This document shows, one piece after another, positions 44,548 to 54,316 of a stretch of 64,000 bases of DNA. Made by a program: the position numbers and the translations under genes. The stretch is from Bacteroidales bacterium UBA4181 (GTDB lineage Bacteria > Bacteroidota > Bacteroidia > Bacteroidales > UBA4181), in NCBI GenBank assembly GCA_002380425.1, contig DFUR01000013.1, forward strand, positions 554 to 64,553, written 5' to 3'. Within the stretch, counting starts at the first letter, position 1, and each line of letters opens with the position of its first letter. The notes beneath the pieces are model-generated. The model worked only from the letters and a program-made list of their open reading frames with translations. It did no database searches and had not been told where the DNA came from.

Positions 44548-45652
44548 TTATATTACCAATCAGTCCCTGGACAGTATTAGCGGCGGCTGGAACGGGAATA
44601 ACGCCCGGGTCTATGCCGAACTCGCCCGGAGGATGACGGTGAACTATGTGGGTCCTGTCCATCCTCCTGTGGATCGCTTTGAGGCGGGTTATTCCCGTCT
44701 TCGTCGGCTTATGGGACTCAAAGGAGGTTTTGCGGCTTTCTCCCACCGCAGATTGTCACAGATTGCCAGGGAGGTGGATGTCCTGAAGTACCCATCGGAT
44801 TATTGTATGTTCTGGGGGCAGATGCCCTGGCTCTATTGTGCTCCGGCAGAGCCTTACGGGGTGTATCTGGATGTGCCTTTCAGGAGTTATGTACGCATTT
44901 TTCTGGAGGAACACCGGTTTCAGGAAAAGGAGCTGTGCCGGATAGAACAGTTGGAAGCCAGATGGCTGGCCAATGCGCGCCACGTCTTTTGGGGATCACA
45001 GTGGGCTTTGGATCAGGCTTCGGCCTACAAGGCTCTGGGCGTGACAAACAGCAGGGTAGTGTGGGTTGGTGGCAATCTGGAGATTCCTCCGGGTGATGAG
45101 TACCGGGATTCTTGTACCTTCCTTTTTGTGGCACTTCGTTTCAGGGAGAAAGGGGGAATGATGGTCTGGGAGGCCTTTCGCAAGGTCCGGGAACGACACC
45201 CGGAGTGTAACTGGGTGATTGCCGGGGCGAGTCCTCCTCCCGAGGTACTCGCTACTCCGGGGGTGGTTTATGCTGGTATGTTCCGCAAGGAGTCGCCTGA
45301 CGAGTTGGAGCAGTTCAGAGCTCTGATGGCCGGGGCCTTTTGTTTGGTGCATCCTACGTCCATGGACACTCTGGGTCAGGTGATTATTGAGGCGGGGTAT
45401 CATGGCTGTCCTGCCATTGCGCCAGCTCGTTTTGGCATTCCGGAACTGATTCATCACCAACAGACCGGCATCCTGCTTCCGGAGCATTTCACCGTTCAGG
45501 ATGTAGCGGCTGCGATGGAATGGATGCTCGATCACCCTTCAGAATACCTTCATATGCGGCGGGAGGTTCGGGCATACAGTACCGGGGAACTAACCTTTGA
45601 CAGGGTTGGAGAGAAGATTTCTTCAGCCATTATGGAGGTGAGTCATGAGTAA
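44537..45652 (+). CDS. GT4-like (GT-B) glycosyltransferase
   Basis: 'LGQVIIEAGYHGCPAIAPARFGIPELIHHQQTGILL' is an EX7E-like region. I prefer the start at 44537 (MTINY). Confidence 0.7.
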   Translation: MTINYITNQSLDSISGGWNGNNARVYAELARRMTVNYVGPVHPPVDRFEAGYSRLRRLMGLKGGFAAFSHRRLSQIAREVDVLKYPSDYCMFWGQMPWLYCAPAEPYGVYLDVPFRSYVRIFLEEHRFQEKELCRIEQLEARWLANARHVFWGSQWALDQASAYKALGVTNSRVVWVGGNLEIPPGDEYRDSCTFLFVALRFREKGGMMVWEAFRKVRERHPECNWVIAGASPPPEVLATPGVVYAGMFRKESPDELEQFRALMAGAFCLVHPTSMDTLGQVIIEAGYHGCPAIAPARFGIPELIHHQQTGILLPEHFTVQDVAAAMEWMLDHPSEYLHMRREVRAYSTGELTFDRVGEKISSAIMEVSHE

Positions 45653-46787
45653 ACCTCATAAGTGGGCCGTAGTGCATTTCCTGCCCCTGGAGAAATATCC
45701 CCCGGTGATGAATTTTCTCCGGATGCTTGGAGCTCAGGGTGTGAACTTCCTGGCACTGACCACCAGGGTCGGGCCAGCCATGCCACGGTTCGTGGTTCCT
45801 GATGGTCGCATTACCCGTTTCGGTGCCACAGGCCAGAATGTGCCTGGTTGGTTGCGGAAACTGACTTATCCGCTTTTCTATGCAGCCGCTTTCGTGCGGC
45901 TGTGTCTGTATCGTCCGTCGGTGGTGTTGTATTATGAGTCCTATTCGGCCATTCCGGTTTATTTCTATCTGCGTTTTGTCAATTCTAAAGCCCGTTTGCT
46001 GATCCATTTTCACGAATACTTCTCACCTCAGTGGTATCAGCAGGGTATGCGTACCGTGCGTTGGGCCCATCGTTTGGAGAAGTCCTGGCTGTTTGGACGT
46101 GCTGCGCTGATATCTCAAACCAATGCCTTCAGGGTGGGCATGTTCCGTAAAGATCATCCGACAGTGCCAGAGAGCCGGATGATGGTTGTGCCTAACTTTC
46201 CGCCCCTGGCCTGGAAACAGCGCAGCAGGCGAGTGGACGAGCCCGGATGTCCTCTGAGGACGGTGTATATCGGGTCGGTTTCCCTGCGAGCTACCTATCT
46301 GGAAGATTATGTCGCATGGGTGCAGCAGCAACAGGGCCGGGTGTTGTTCGATGTGGTGTCCTATACCTATGATGCTGCTGCCCGGAATTTTCTGGAACAA
46401 CTTCAATCTCCCTGGGTGCGTTTCTTTCCCGGAGGACTGCCTTATGACCAGATTCCGGGATGGCTGGAGCGGGGGCAATATGACGTGGGCATTATATTTT
46501 ATAAAGGCCTGTACGACAATACCGTATTCTGCGCCTCCAACAAATTGTTTGAATATCTTGCCTGTGGCCTGGATGTTTGGTGCTGTCGCGAAATGGTTGG
46601 TTCGCAGGAGTATGCCCGTACAGACTGTTATCCTAAGGTGCTTATGGTTGATTATACCCGTATCGGGGAATGGGATGTACAGAACATGACGGACCGAGAA
46701 GGAATAGGCTACCGTCCCCCGGAATATTTTGCCGAGCCGGCCATGGAGGCATGGTTGCATCAGTTTGAGTCTGTTCAAGAGGGATGA
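45645..46787 (+). CDS. GT-B fold glycosyltransferase
   Basis: 'WAVVHFLPLEKYPPVMNFLRML' and the C-domain segment 'SNKLFEYLACGLDVWC'. Confidence 0.6.
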   Translation: MSKPHKWAVVHFLPLEKYPPVMNFLRMLGAQGVNFLALTTRVGPAMPRFVVPDGRITRFGATGQNVPGWLRKLTYPLFYAAAFVRLCLYRPSVVLYYESYSAIPVYFYLRFVNSKARLLIHFHEYFSPQWYQQGMRTVRWAHRLEKSWLFGRAALISQTNAFRVGMFRKDHPTVPESRMMVVPNFPPLAWKQRSRRVDEPGCPLRTVYIGSVSLRATYLEDYVAWVQQQQGRVLFDVVSYTYDAAARNFLEQLQSPWVRFFPGGLPYDQIPGWLERGQYDVGIIFYKGLYDNTVFCASNKLFEYLACGLDVWCCREMVGSQEYARTDCYPKVLMVDYTRIGEWDVQNMTDREGIGYRPPEYFAEPAMEAWLHQFESVQEG

Positions 46788-47803
46788 AAAGGTTTTTGTA
46801 CATAGGACAATATGAGCCCGGCTGCACCTCCAGAATGCGGGCGGACACTTTGCTGGAGCTGCTCCCCGGGTATGTTTTTGAAGTGGCAGATACCCTGATC
46901 CCGTTCAGGCAGACATCCCGCCTGCTGCGTTCTCTGGGATTTCGCTTCAAGTGCGGGCCACTGGTAGCCCGGATCAACCGCATGGTGCTTGCGTGCGCTC
47001 AGCAGCAAAGTTATGAGGCGATTTGGGTGGACAAAGGGGTTTTTCTCACCCGCGAAACCCTGAAAACATTGCGCAGCAAGACAGGCCTGTTGATTCACTA
47101 CACCCCGGATGCCGCGTGGTATGCCAATCGTTCCCGTCATTTTGAACGTGGGATGGATCTTTATGATTTTCTTATTACTACCAAGTCTTTTGAGATGGAC
47201 TGGTATCTTTCCAGGGTCCCCCGTGGAAAGGTGCTGCTGACCACTCAGGGCTTTGACCCGCAAGTGCATTACCCAAGGGTGCCATTTCAGGATAAGGTGC
47301 CCTGCATTACCTTTATTGGGTTGTGTGAGCCAGCCAGGGAGAAACTGGTCGCCCTGCTTTTGTGCAGTGGTTTGGAGGTGCATTTGGGCGGGACGGGATG
47401 GACTTCATTTGTGCACGAGCATGCTTCTGAGAACCTTGTTTACCTCGGAGAAAGAGTGATGCACGATGCCTATGCCCATGAGATTTCCCGCTCCTTCTTC
47501 GCTCTTGGATGTCTTTCCAAACGTTTCCCGGAGTTGCACACTACCCGAACCTTTGAGATTCCGGCCTGCGGAACGGCCCTGGTGACGGAGTTGAATGAGG
47601 AAACCCGCCGATTTTTCTCTCCTCAGCAGGCAGTTTTTTACGATTCTCCGGAATCACTAACGCAGCAATTGTGCTATTATCTGGAACATCCTTCTGAACT
47701 GGAGCAACTTACAATTATGGGGCATCAAAGAGTCACTCTGTCTGGATATGATTACCCAAGCATTCTGAAAAGCTTGCTGAAAGCAGTACATTTGCACCCA
47801 TGA
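46784..47803 (+). CDS. CgeB-like / Glyco_trans_1_2-type glycosyltransferase
   Basis: 'FLYIGQYEPGCTSRMRADTL' and the C-terminal 'TTRTFEIPACGTALVTE'. ATGA overlap. Confidence 0.55.
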   Translation: MKRFLYIGQYEPGCTSRMRADTLLELLPGYVFEVADTLIPFRQTSRLLRSLGFRFKCGPLVARINRMVLACAQQQSYEAIWVDKGVFLTRETLKTLRSKTGLLIHYTPDAAWYANRSRHFERGMDLYDFLITTKSFEMDWYLSRVPRGKVLLTTQGFDPQVHYPRVPFQDKVPCITFIGLCEPAREKLVALLLCSGLEVHLGGTGWTSFVHEHASENLVYLGERVMHDAYAHEISRSFFALGCLSKRFPELHTTRTFEIPACGTALVTELNEETRRFFSPQQAVFYDSPESLTQQLCYYLEHPSELEQLTIMGHQRVTLSGYDYPSILKSLLKAVHLHP

Positions 47804-49131
47804 AAAGAGTAGAACCTATCCTGTTCGTGGTAACAGCCGTTCTGTTGCTGGTGCTGACCGACCGTCCCCTGCTCTCGGCCATTGGTGTGGGCTTTGTGCC
47901 GGCCATACTGTACAGTTTCTTTGATGAATGCCGCACCCGCATCCCCATTGACAAGCTTATTGTTGCCATGGCGGCGGTGCAATGGATTCTGGGCCCTTTT
48001 TTGGCCTACAGTGGTTACAACGACCATTACAAGTACCACATGTATGTGGAGGAATCCCAGTATATGTTGCTGGCGGTCCCGGGGGTGCTGGCGTTCTGGG
48101 CTGGATTTTGGTTGTTGCGCCATCGAAACAGCGATGGGGTGTTCCGGGTGAGTTTCCCGTGGGTACGTGAGATTCCGCCACGGTATGCCTATTACCTGAT
48201 TATCACTGGGGTGGCCGCCTCTTTTCTGTCTTCTTATGTTCCGGGTGGATTGAAGTTCTTTTTCTACCTGCTGGGGCTCCTGCAATACATCGGGGTTTTG
48301 TACCTGTTCTTTGGGCATTCCAAAAATAAGTACCTGGTGCTGGGCATGAGTGTGCTGGCCATTACGCTGAGTTCCCTCAAGGCAGCGATGTTTCACGACT
48401 TGTTTCTTTGGGTGGTGCTGCTCAGTATGTATCTGATGTACTATTTTCAGATCACCATCCGGCAAAAACTGGTGTATTTCCTTGCAGGGGCATCCGTGAT
48501 TTTTTTGATTCTGGTGGTGAAGGCCGACTACCGGCAAAAGATCTGGGCTGGGGCCATCACGGGACAGGAGGTGAGTTATTTCTCTACTCTGGTGAAAACC
48601 CAGATATCTGAGAATAAGCTATTCAGCAAGCAAAATATTGAAGGGATTGTGGTCCGGCTGAATCAGGGATGGATCATCAGCCGGATTATGGAGCAGGTCC
48701 CTGCCAATGTGCGTCATGCCGATGGAGAAACGGTTTGGGAGGCTGCCAAGGCATCCCTGTTGCCCCGGTTTCTGAATCCTGGCAAGGTGGAGGCAGGTGG
48801 GCGGGAGAACTATACTCGTTTTACTCTTTATGTGATTCATGAGACCTCCATGGGGTTGAGCCTGCTGGGTGAAGGCTATGCCAATTTCGGCATTTACGGG
48901 GCTTGGGTATTCATGCTCTGTGTGGGTTTGTTGTTTGGGTATGTGTTTCGGAAGTTACTTTCGCTTTGCACTCAATATCCATCCCTGGTACTTTGGATTC
49001 CGCTTATTTTCATGCAGGTGGTGAAGGCTGAAACCGAGACCCTGGTGGTTCTCAATTACCTGGTGAAGGCCATCATCCTGACCCTGGTTGTCTTTTACGG
49101 TGCCCGAAACTTCTTGCGTTGGGATATATAA
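47800..49131 (+). CDS. wzy: Polytopic membrane protein, O-antigen/capsule polymerase (Wzy) or ligase-like
   Basis: 443 aa with about 10-12 hydrophobic helices and one larger loop ('ADYRQKIWAGAITGQE...RLNQGWIISRIM'). It has no soluble domains and is embedded among GT genes. I cannot separate Wzy from WaaL by eye. Confidence 0.55.
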   Translation: MKRVEPILFVVTAVLLLVLTDRPLLSAIGVGFVPAILYSFFDECRTRIPIDKLIVAMAAVQWILGPFLAYSGYNDHYKYHMYVEESQYMLLAVPGVLAFWAGFWLLRHRNSDGVFRVSFPWVREIPPRYAYYLIITGVAASFLSSYVPGGLKFFFYLLGLLQYIGVLYLFFGHSKNKYLVLGMSVLAITLSSLKAAMFHDLFLWVVLLSMYLMYYFQITIRQKLVYFLAGASVIFLILVVKADYRQKIWAGAITGQEVSYFSTLVKTQISENKLFSKQNIEGIVVRLNQGWIISRIMEQVPANVRHADGETVWEAAKASLLPRFLNPGKVEAGGRENYTRFTLYVIHETSMGLSLLGEGYANFGIYGAWVFMLCVGLLFGYVFRKLLSLCTQYPSLVLWIPLIFMQVVKAETETLVVLNYLVKAIILTLVVFYGARNFLRWDI

Positions 49132-50123
49132 TGAGAGGGATTACCTATATTATGCGCCGGGAATCTCCCCGGTATTTTAGTATTGAGGCTGTTTTTCGCA
49201 CCATTAACAAGGAACTGGAGCGGAACGGGGTAGATACCCATCGCGTATGTCTGCCTGGAGACGGCGTTTCCGTGCGTACCCTGATGAGAAACCTGTGGCA
49301 TGCCTTTCGTATCCGTTCCCGGGTGGTGCATATCACCGGGGATGTACACTATGTGGCTCCGGTAATCCGTGGCCCCGTGATACTTACCATTCATGATGTA
49401 GGTTCGGCCTTGCGCGGGGGGTGTATGAACCGGTTTTTTATCAAACTATTCTGGTTCTGGATTCCCGCTCTGTGCGTGCGCAGGATCACGGTGATCTCGG
49501 AGTTTTCGGCCCGGGAACTGGTGCGATTGGTGCCTTTTGCCCGCCATAAGGTGCGGGTGATTCCCAATCCCCTGCCCGAGTGTTCCCCTTCAGAGCCCTA
49601 TGACTTTTGTGAAGCCTCCCCGCTGGTCCTCCTGGTCGGCACCAAGGAGAACAAGAACCTCCCCCGAATCGTGCAGGCCCTCACCGGGTTGTCCTGCCGT
49701 TTGCTCATCGTGGGGCACCTTACACCACACCAGCGCAGTATGTTGGACAACAGTGGGCTGGTGTACCGCAACGAGACTGATTTGCCGCCCCAGGCTATGG
49801 CTGAAGTGTACCGTAAGTGTGATCTGTTGTGTTTTGCATCCACCTATGAGGGCTTTGGTCTGCCCATCATCGAAGCGCAGGCTTCGGGCCGTCCTGTGAT
49901 TACTTCGTGCGTGGCCTCCATGCCTGAGGTTGCCGGGAAGGGGGCTCTGTTGGTTGACCCCCACAACCCACAAGCCATCCGGGATGCGTTCCTCAGACTG
50001 GTTCAGGATGCGGATTTGAGAAACCGGCTGATTGCCGAGGGTTTGGAGAATGTGAAGCGTTTTGCTCCGGAACGAGTAGCCGGGGCTTATCTGTCCTTGT
50101 ATCGTGAACTTGCCCGTGTATGA
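49131..50123 (+). CDS. GT4 glycosyltransferase
   Basis: 'YEGFGLPIIEAQASGRPVITSCVASMPEVAGKGALLVDP' is the EX7E region. TAATG overlap start. Confidence 0.8.
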   Translation: MRGITYIMRRESPRYFSIEAVFRTINKELERNGVDTHRVCLPGDGVSVRTLMRNLWHAFRIRSRVVHITGDVHYVAPVIRGPVILTIHDVGSALRGGCMNRFFIKLFWFWIPALCVRRITVISEFSARELVRLVPFARHKVRVIPNPLPECSPSEPYDFCEASPLVLLVGTKENKNLPRIVQALTGLSCRLLIVGHLTPHQRSMLDNSGLVYRNETDLPPQAMAEVYRKCDLLCFASTYEGFGLPIIEAQASGRPVITSCVASMPEVAGKGALLVDPHNPQAIRDAFLRLVQDADLRNRLIAEGLENVKRFAPERVAGAYLSLYRELARV

Positions 50124-51259
50124 AAATACTGGTGTTCATTGACTGGTATTTGCCCGGAACCAGTGCAGGAGGTCCAGTGCGAAGCCTGGCCAATATGTGT
50201 GCGCATTTTGCAGGCACCCACCAATTCCACATTGTCACCCGAAACCGGGATTACTGTGCCCGGGAGCCTTACCGGGATATTGTCCCGGACCGTTGGACGG
50301 ATATGACCGATGGGGTTCGGGTATTTTATGCGGCCTCAACCTCTGGTCTTGTTCGCGTATTGAACGACTCGGTCCGGGATACGTCTTTTGACTGGGTTTA
50401 TATCAATGGGGTGTATTCTTTATTCTATTCGATACTTCCTTTGTGGCGGGCCAGATGGTCTGGGCGCAGGGTTCTGGTTGCCCCGCGCGGGATGTTGAAT
50501 CCACAGGCGTTCACTTCCAAGGCGCTTAAAAAGAGGGTGTATCTTGGGTTAATGCATCTGGTGTGCGGATACCGGGGGGTGGTGTTTCATGCAACCAATC
50601 GGGAGGAGGCAGCGCACATTCGTTCCCGGGTGGGTAGCACTGCTCTTGTCCGGGTGGCCCCGAATCTTCCCAGGAGATTTGCTGCATTGGGTGGGTGGGT
50701 GCATCCTCCAAAAGAGCCCGGAATAGCACGGTTGATATCGGTAGCCAGGATCTCGCCCGAAAAAGGGACCCTGCATGCCCTGAAGCTGCTCTCAGCTCTT
50801 CCAGCAGGGCGGCAGGTGAGCCTGGATATCTTTGGCCCTGTGTATGACCCGCTCTACTGGGAGGAATGTCAACGAGTCATTGATAATTTGCCAGCCCACG
50901 TTGGGGTGCAATACAAAGGTGCTGTTGACGGGGAAAACGTTCCGTCTCTATTGGCGGCATATCATTTCCTGATAATGCTCACGGAGGGAGAGAACTTTGG
51001 ACATGCCATTCTGGAGGCTCTCGGTTGCGGATGCCCTGTAATTATCTCAGACCGGACTCCCTGGAGGAGCTTGACTGAGCAGTCTGCGGGCTGGGATTTT
51101 CCGTTGGGAGACGAAGCCCGTGGCATTTCTGCACTCACACAGGCCCTGGATTTGTCGGAAATGGAGTATATTCGCTGGTCGGAGTCTGCCCAAAGGCTGG
51201 CTGCCGATTTTGGGTCCGACCCGGGCCTTGTGAAAGCGAACAGTGAGTTATTCGAATAA
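50120..51259 (+). CDS. GT4 glycosyltransferase
   Basis: 'MKILVFIDWYLPGTSAGGPVRSL' and 'GENFGHAILEALGCGCPVIISDRTPW'. ATGA overlap. Confidence 0.8.
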   Translation: MKILVFIDWYLPGTSAGGPVRSLANMCAHFAGTHQFHIVTRNRDYCAREPYRDIVPDRWTDMTDGVRVFYAASTSGLVRVLNDSVRDTSFDWVYINGVYSLFYSILPLWRARWSGRRVLVAPRGMLNPQAFTSKALKKRVYLGLMHLVCGYRGVVFHATNREEAAHIRSRVGSTALVRVAPNLPRRFAALGGWVHPPKEPGIARLISVARISPEKGTLHALKLLSALPAGRQVSLDIFGPVYDPLYWEECQRVIDNLPAHVGVQYKGAVDGENVPSLLAAYHFLIMLTEGENFGHAILEALGCGCPVIISDRTPWRSLTEQSAGWDFPLGDEARGISALTQALDLSEMEYIRWSESAQRLAADFGSDPGLVKANSELFE

Positions 51260-51820
51260 ATGCTTATGCACCCCCGCCCCTTGGTTCAGTTAAAGTCTTT
51301 TGACAATTCCTGGTATCACCCCGGCCGGCCGTTCTGGGTTCGGGGTTTGTGGTTTTTGGTGAATGTGGCGGTTCTTCAGTGTCCCCTGAATCCTGGTTCA
51401 CGCCTCCGGGTTTGGGCATTGCGCCTTTTCGGTGCCCGTGTTGGAGCGGGGGTGGTCATCAAGCCCCGGGTGAACATCAAGTATCCCTGGAAATTGCAGA
51501 TAGGCAATGATTGCTGGATAGGTGAGGGGGTGTGGATAGACAATTTGGGCATGGTCGTGCTGGAACACGATGTCTGTCTTTCGCAGGAATGTTTGTTGTT
51601 GTGTGGTAACCACAACTACAAAGCGCCCTCGTTTGATTTGATGGTGGGGGACATTCTGGTGGAGTCGGGCTCCTGGATCGGTGCCCGGTCCGTGGTGTGT
51701 CCCGGGGTGACGGTTCGGTCTCATGCCGTGCTCACCGCAGGCTCTGTGGCCACATCCGATATGGAAGCGTGGGGCGTGTATCAGGGCCATCCGGCCCGGA
51801 AAATCAGAGAAAGGTTATGA
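51260..51820 (+). CDS. WcaF-like hexapeptide O-acetyltransferase
   Basis: 'FDNSWYHPGRPFWVRGLWFLVN' and the hexapeptide region 'IGNDCWIGEGVWIDNLGMVVLEHDVCLSQ'. This layout matches colanic-acid WcaF-type enzymes. Confidence 0.8.
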   Translation: MLMHPRPLVQLKSFDNSWYHPGRPFWVRGLWFLVNVAVLQCPLNPGSRLRVWALRLFGARVGAGVVIKPRVNIKYPWKLQIGNDCWIGEGVWIDNLGMVVLEHDVCLSQECLLLCGNHNYKAPSFDLMVGDILVESGSWIGARSVVCPGVTVRSHAVLTAGSVATSDMEAWGVYQGHPARKIRERL

Positions 51821-52587
51821 AAATCTCAGTGATTACAGCCTGTTATAACAGTCAGGCATATCTGGCTTCGGCGATAGAATCCGTGCTCAAGCAATCCTAC
51901 GACAATATTGAGTATATCCTGGTGGACGGGGCCTCGGAAGATGCCACACTGGAAATTGTGCGTCGTTACACCCCTGCTTTTGGGAATCGGATGGTGCTGA
52001 TCAGTGAGCAGGACCAGGGTATTTATGATGCCATCAACAAAGGAATTGCCCGGGCTACCGGGGATGTGGTAGGGGTGTTGCACTCCGATGATTTGTATGC
52101 TTCTCCGGATGTGTTGCAGCATGTGGCTGAGGCGTTTAATCATTCCCTCGCCGATGTGGTCTATGGGGATCTGTGTTATGTGGATCCGAAGAACCTGAAA
52201 AGGGTGAAGCGACACTGGAAAAGTATGCCCTTTCGCCCGGGAATGCTGCATCGGGGATGGATGCCGGCGCATCCTTCGGTGTTTGTCCGTAAGTCCGTGT
52301 ATGAGCGGTTGGGGCCCTATGATGAGAAACTAACCATCTCCGGGGATTATGATTATATGCTGCGCTTGTTTTCTGCACCCATATCCTCAAGTTATGTTGG
52401 AGAGGTATTCACCCTGATGCGTAGCGGAGGTACCAGCAACCGGAACCTGAAAAATCTGTGGAAGAAATCCCGGCAGGACATCGTTGCCCTGAAGAAGAAC
52501 GGCCTTCCCCGTCCTGTATCGACTGTACTGTTGAAGAATATTCGGAAATTGCCCCAGGTGATTCCCGGGAGTAGCCTATTTCTGTAA
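51817..52587 (+). CDS. GT2-family glycosyltransferase
   Basis: 'MKISVITACYNSQAYLASAIESVLKQSYDNIEYILVDGASEDAT' and 'LHSDDLY'. ATGA overlap start at 51817. Confidence 0.85.
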   Translation: MKISVITACYNSQAYLASAIESVLKQSYDNIEYILVDGASEDATLEIVRRYTPAFGNRMVLISEQDQGIYDAINKGIARATGDVVGVLHSDDLYASPDVLQHVAEAFNHSLADVVYGDLCYVDPKNLKRVKRHWKSMPFRPGMLHRGWMPAHPSVFVRKSVYERLGPYDEKLTISGDYDYMLRLFSAPISSSYVGEVFTLMRSGGTSNRNLKNLWKKSRQDIVALKKNGLPRPVSTVLLKNIRKLPQVIPGSSLFL

Positions 52588-53616
52588 GGCGCAGTCCGCA
52601 GGTGCTGCTCCAGGCCTTCCGGGGGACAACACAGGTTCAGTTGCAGCTTCCTGTTTCCCGGTTGCGGGAGACATCAGCCAGAACTTGAGGCAGTACAACA
52701 TGGCAAGTGGTGTGACCGTGATAAACCCGACGGCCCACCAGGGGAAAATAGTCCATAACGAAAGGGCTGCCATGGACACTCCCAACTGAAGCCCGGCATA
52801 CAGCAGGGACACCCAAAGGTGAGACCATTGCTGTTCATTGGTGAGGACCTGAAAAAAGTGCAGCCGGTGGGCCTTGAAGATATTCTGCCTCAGATACAAC
52901 CTGTGAAGGATGGTGGCGATGGTGTCCACACCGTACACTGCCAGCAATGCCAGCCAGACCGGGCTCCCGGTTTGCATCATCAATTTAAGAACAAGAAAGA
53001 TAATCCAGAAAGCGATGGACATGCTGCCCACGTCGCCAGCGAAGCATTTGGCCCGGGTACGGAAGTTGAAGGTCAGGAACACCACGCAAGCGATCATGGC
53101 ATACCAAATAAAATCAGGATGGACTACGAAGGCAACATGCCGGAGGTTGATCCATTGAAGAACGGCAAGAACAACCAGACTGTACAGGCCGGTCATACCG
53201 TTGATTCCGTCCATAAAGTTGAAGGCATTGGCCACCCCACCCAGAATAAGATAGGCCAGAATAACCATCCAGAGAGGAGCCACTTCAAAAAGTCCAACAC
53301 CGTAGAAGGCAAAGGATACGGCGATAAAATGCACCAATAAGCGCCAGAGTGTGGGTACGCCCCGGGTGTCGTCAATAAAACTTACTGCTGCAATGATGAA
53401 CAACCCCGTCAGAAAGGCAATTTTTCCATGGATCTCCAGATGTTCCAGGCTGTGGACCAGACCTGCTACAAAAAAGAGGATGCCTCCGCCCCTGATGGCC
53501 AGATAATGATGCGAACTGCGGTCGTTGGGGCAATCGAAAATGCGAAGCCTTCGGGCAACCTGCATATAGGCGATTATGGTAGCGTAAAGAAGTGCCGTAA
53601 CGAGGATGTAACTCAT
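52576..53616 (-). CDS. wecA: Polyprenyl-phosphate HexNAc-1-phosphate transferase (MraY/WecA family)
   Basis: 'RIFDCPNDRSSHHYLAIRGGGILFF', 'NAFNFMDGINGMTG' and multiple TM helices. It converges on the last plus-strand GT2 and overlaps it by 12 nt. Confidence 0.85.
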   Translation of the reverse strand: MSYILVTALLYATIIAYMQVARRLRIFDCPNDRSSHHYLAIRGGGILFFVAGLVHSLEHLEIHGKIAFLTGLFIIAAVSFIDDTRGVPTLWRLLVHFIAVSFAFYGVGLFEVAPLWMVILAYLILGGVANAFNFMDGINGMTGLYSLVVLAVLQWINLRHVAFVVHPDFIWYAMIACVVFLTFNFRTRAKCFAGDVGSMSIAFWIIFLVLKLMMQTGSPVWLALLAVYGVDTIATILHRLYLRQNIFKAHRLHFFQVLTNEQQWSHLWVSLLYAGLQLGVSMAALSLWTIFPWWAVGFITVTPLAMLYCLKFWLMSPATGKQEAATEPVLSPGRPGAAPADCALQK

Positions 53617-53638
53617 AAAGCGTTCGTTAATCTAGGCG

Positions 53639-53646
53639 CAAAGATA
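53639..53646 (-). promoter_or_regulatory. Candidate -7 box TATCTTTG for wecA
   Basis: Plus-strand CAAAGATA lies about 23 nt upstream of the minus-strand ATG at 53616. The same octamer occurs at 1148 and 59011. Confidence 0.3.
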
Positions 53647-53750
53647 CGCAAATATGTTTTACCCTCCTTATGGCATTGAACGATTTTTGCCGTTTCGAAC
53701 CATTTTTTCGCCACCCCAGTTCAAATGATCCGGAAGCCATTGGAATTGCT

Positions 53751-53758
53751 TATTTTTG
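53751..53758 (+). promoter_or_regulatory. Candidate -7 box TATTTTTG for upxY
   Basis: Exact TAnnTTTG match about 45 nt upstream of the preferred upxY ATG (53803). Confidence 0.35.
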
Positions 53759-53802
53759 CAGTGTCTGTGCCCCTAAATTTTACTGGGGAGGAATTTCAAT
53801 AT

Positions 53803-54309
53803 ATGCTCATGGATGACCGCTGGCTTGCTTTCTATACCCGTTCCCGTGCGGAAAAATCAATCTACACCCGGCTGCATGGCATGGGTATTGATTGTTGTGT
53901 GCCTATTCATAAGGTCGTCCGACAATGGTCTGACCGGCGTAAGCAAGTGGAAGAACCGTTGATTCGGGGCTATATTTTTGCCCGCCCTCAGGGCCGGCAA
54001 TATTTTGATGTGCTCAACACCCCGGGGGTAGTGCGTTGTGTGATGTATTGCGGCCAGCCGGCCCGTATTCCTCATGTCCAGATAGAAATGCTGCAGCGTC
54101 TGGTGGATGAGAACTGGGAGGTGGAGCAATCTGCCGGACCGTTTCAACCCGGAGAGAAAGTGCGGTTTATCCGGGGACCCTTGCTGGGTATTACCGGCGA
54201 GCTGGTGGAGGTGGCTGGAAAACACAAGGTAATCCTTCGTTTGGATCATATTGAACATTCCCTGCTGGTAACCGTTCATCCTGCCCAACTGGAACGGGTA
54301 ACCGCCTGA
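53803..54309 (+). CDS. UpxY-family (NusG-like) transcription antiterminator
   Basis: 'RWLAFYTRSRAEKSIYTRL' is the N-terminal NGN-like start and 'GEKVRFIRGPLLGITGELVEVAGKHKVILRLD' is the KOW motif. At 168 aa from ATG 53803, the size fits UpxY proteins. Confidence 0.8.
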   Translation: MLMDDRWLAFYTRSRAEKSIYTRLHGMGIDCCVPIHKVVRQWSDRRKQVEEPLIRGYIFARPQGRQYFDVLNTPGVVRCVMYCGQPARIPHVQIEMLQRLVDENWEVEQSAGPFQPGEKVRFIRGPLLGITGELVEVAGKHKVILRLDHIEHSLLVTVHPAQLERVTA

Positions 54310-54316
54310 AGGTGTG

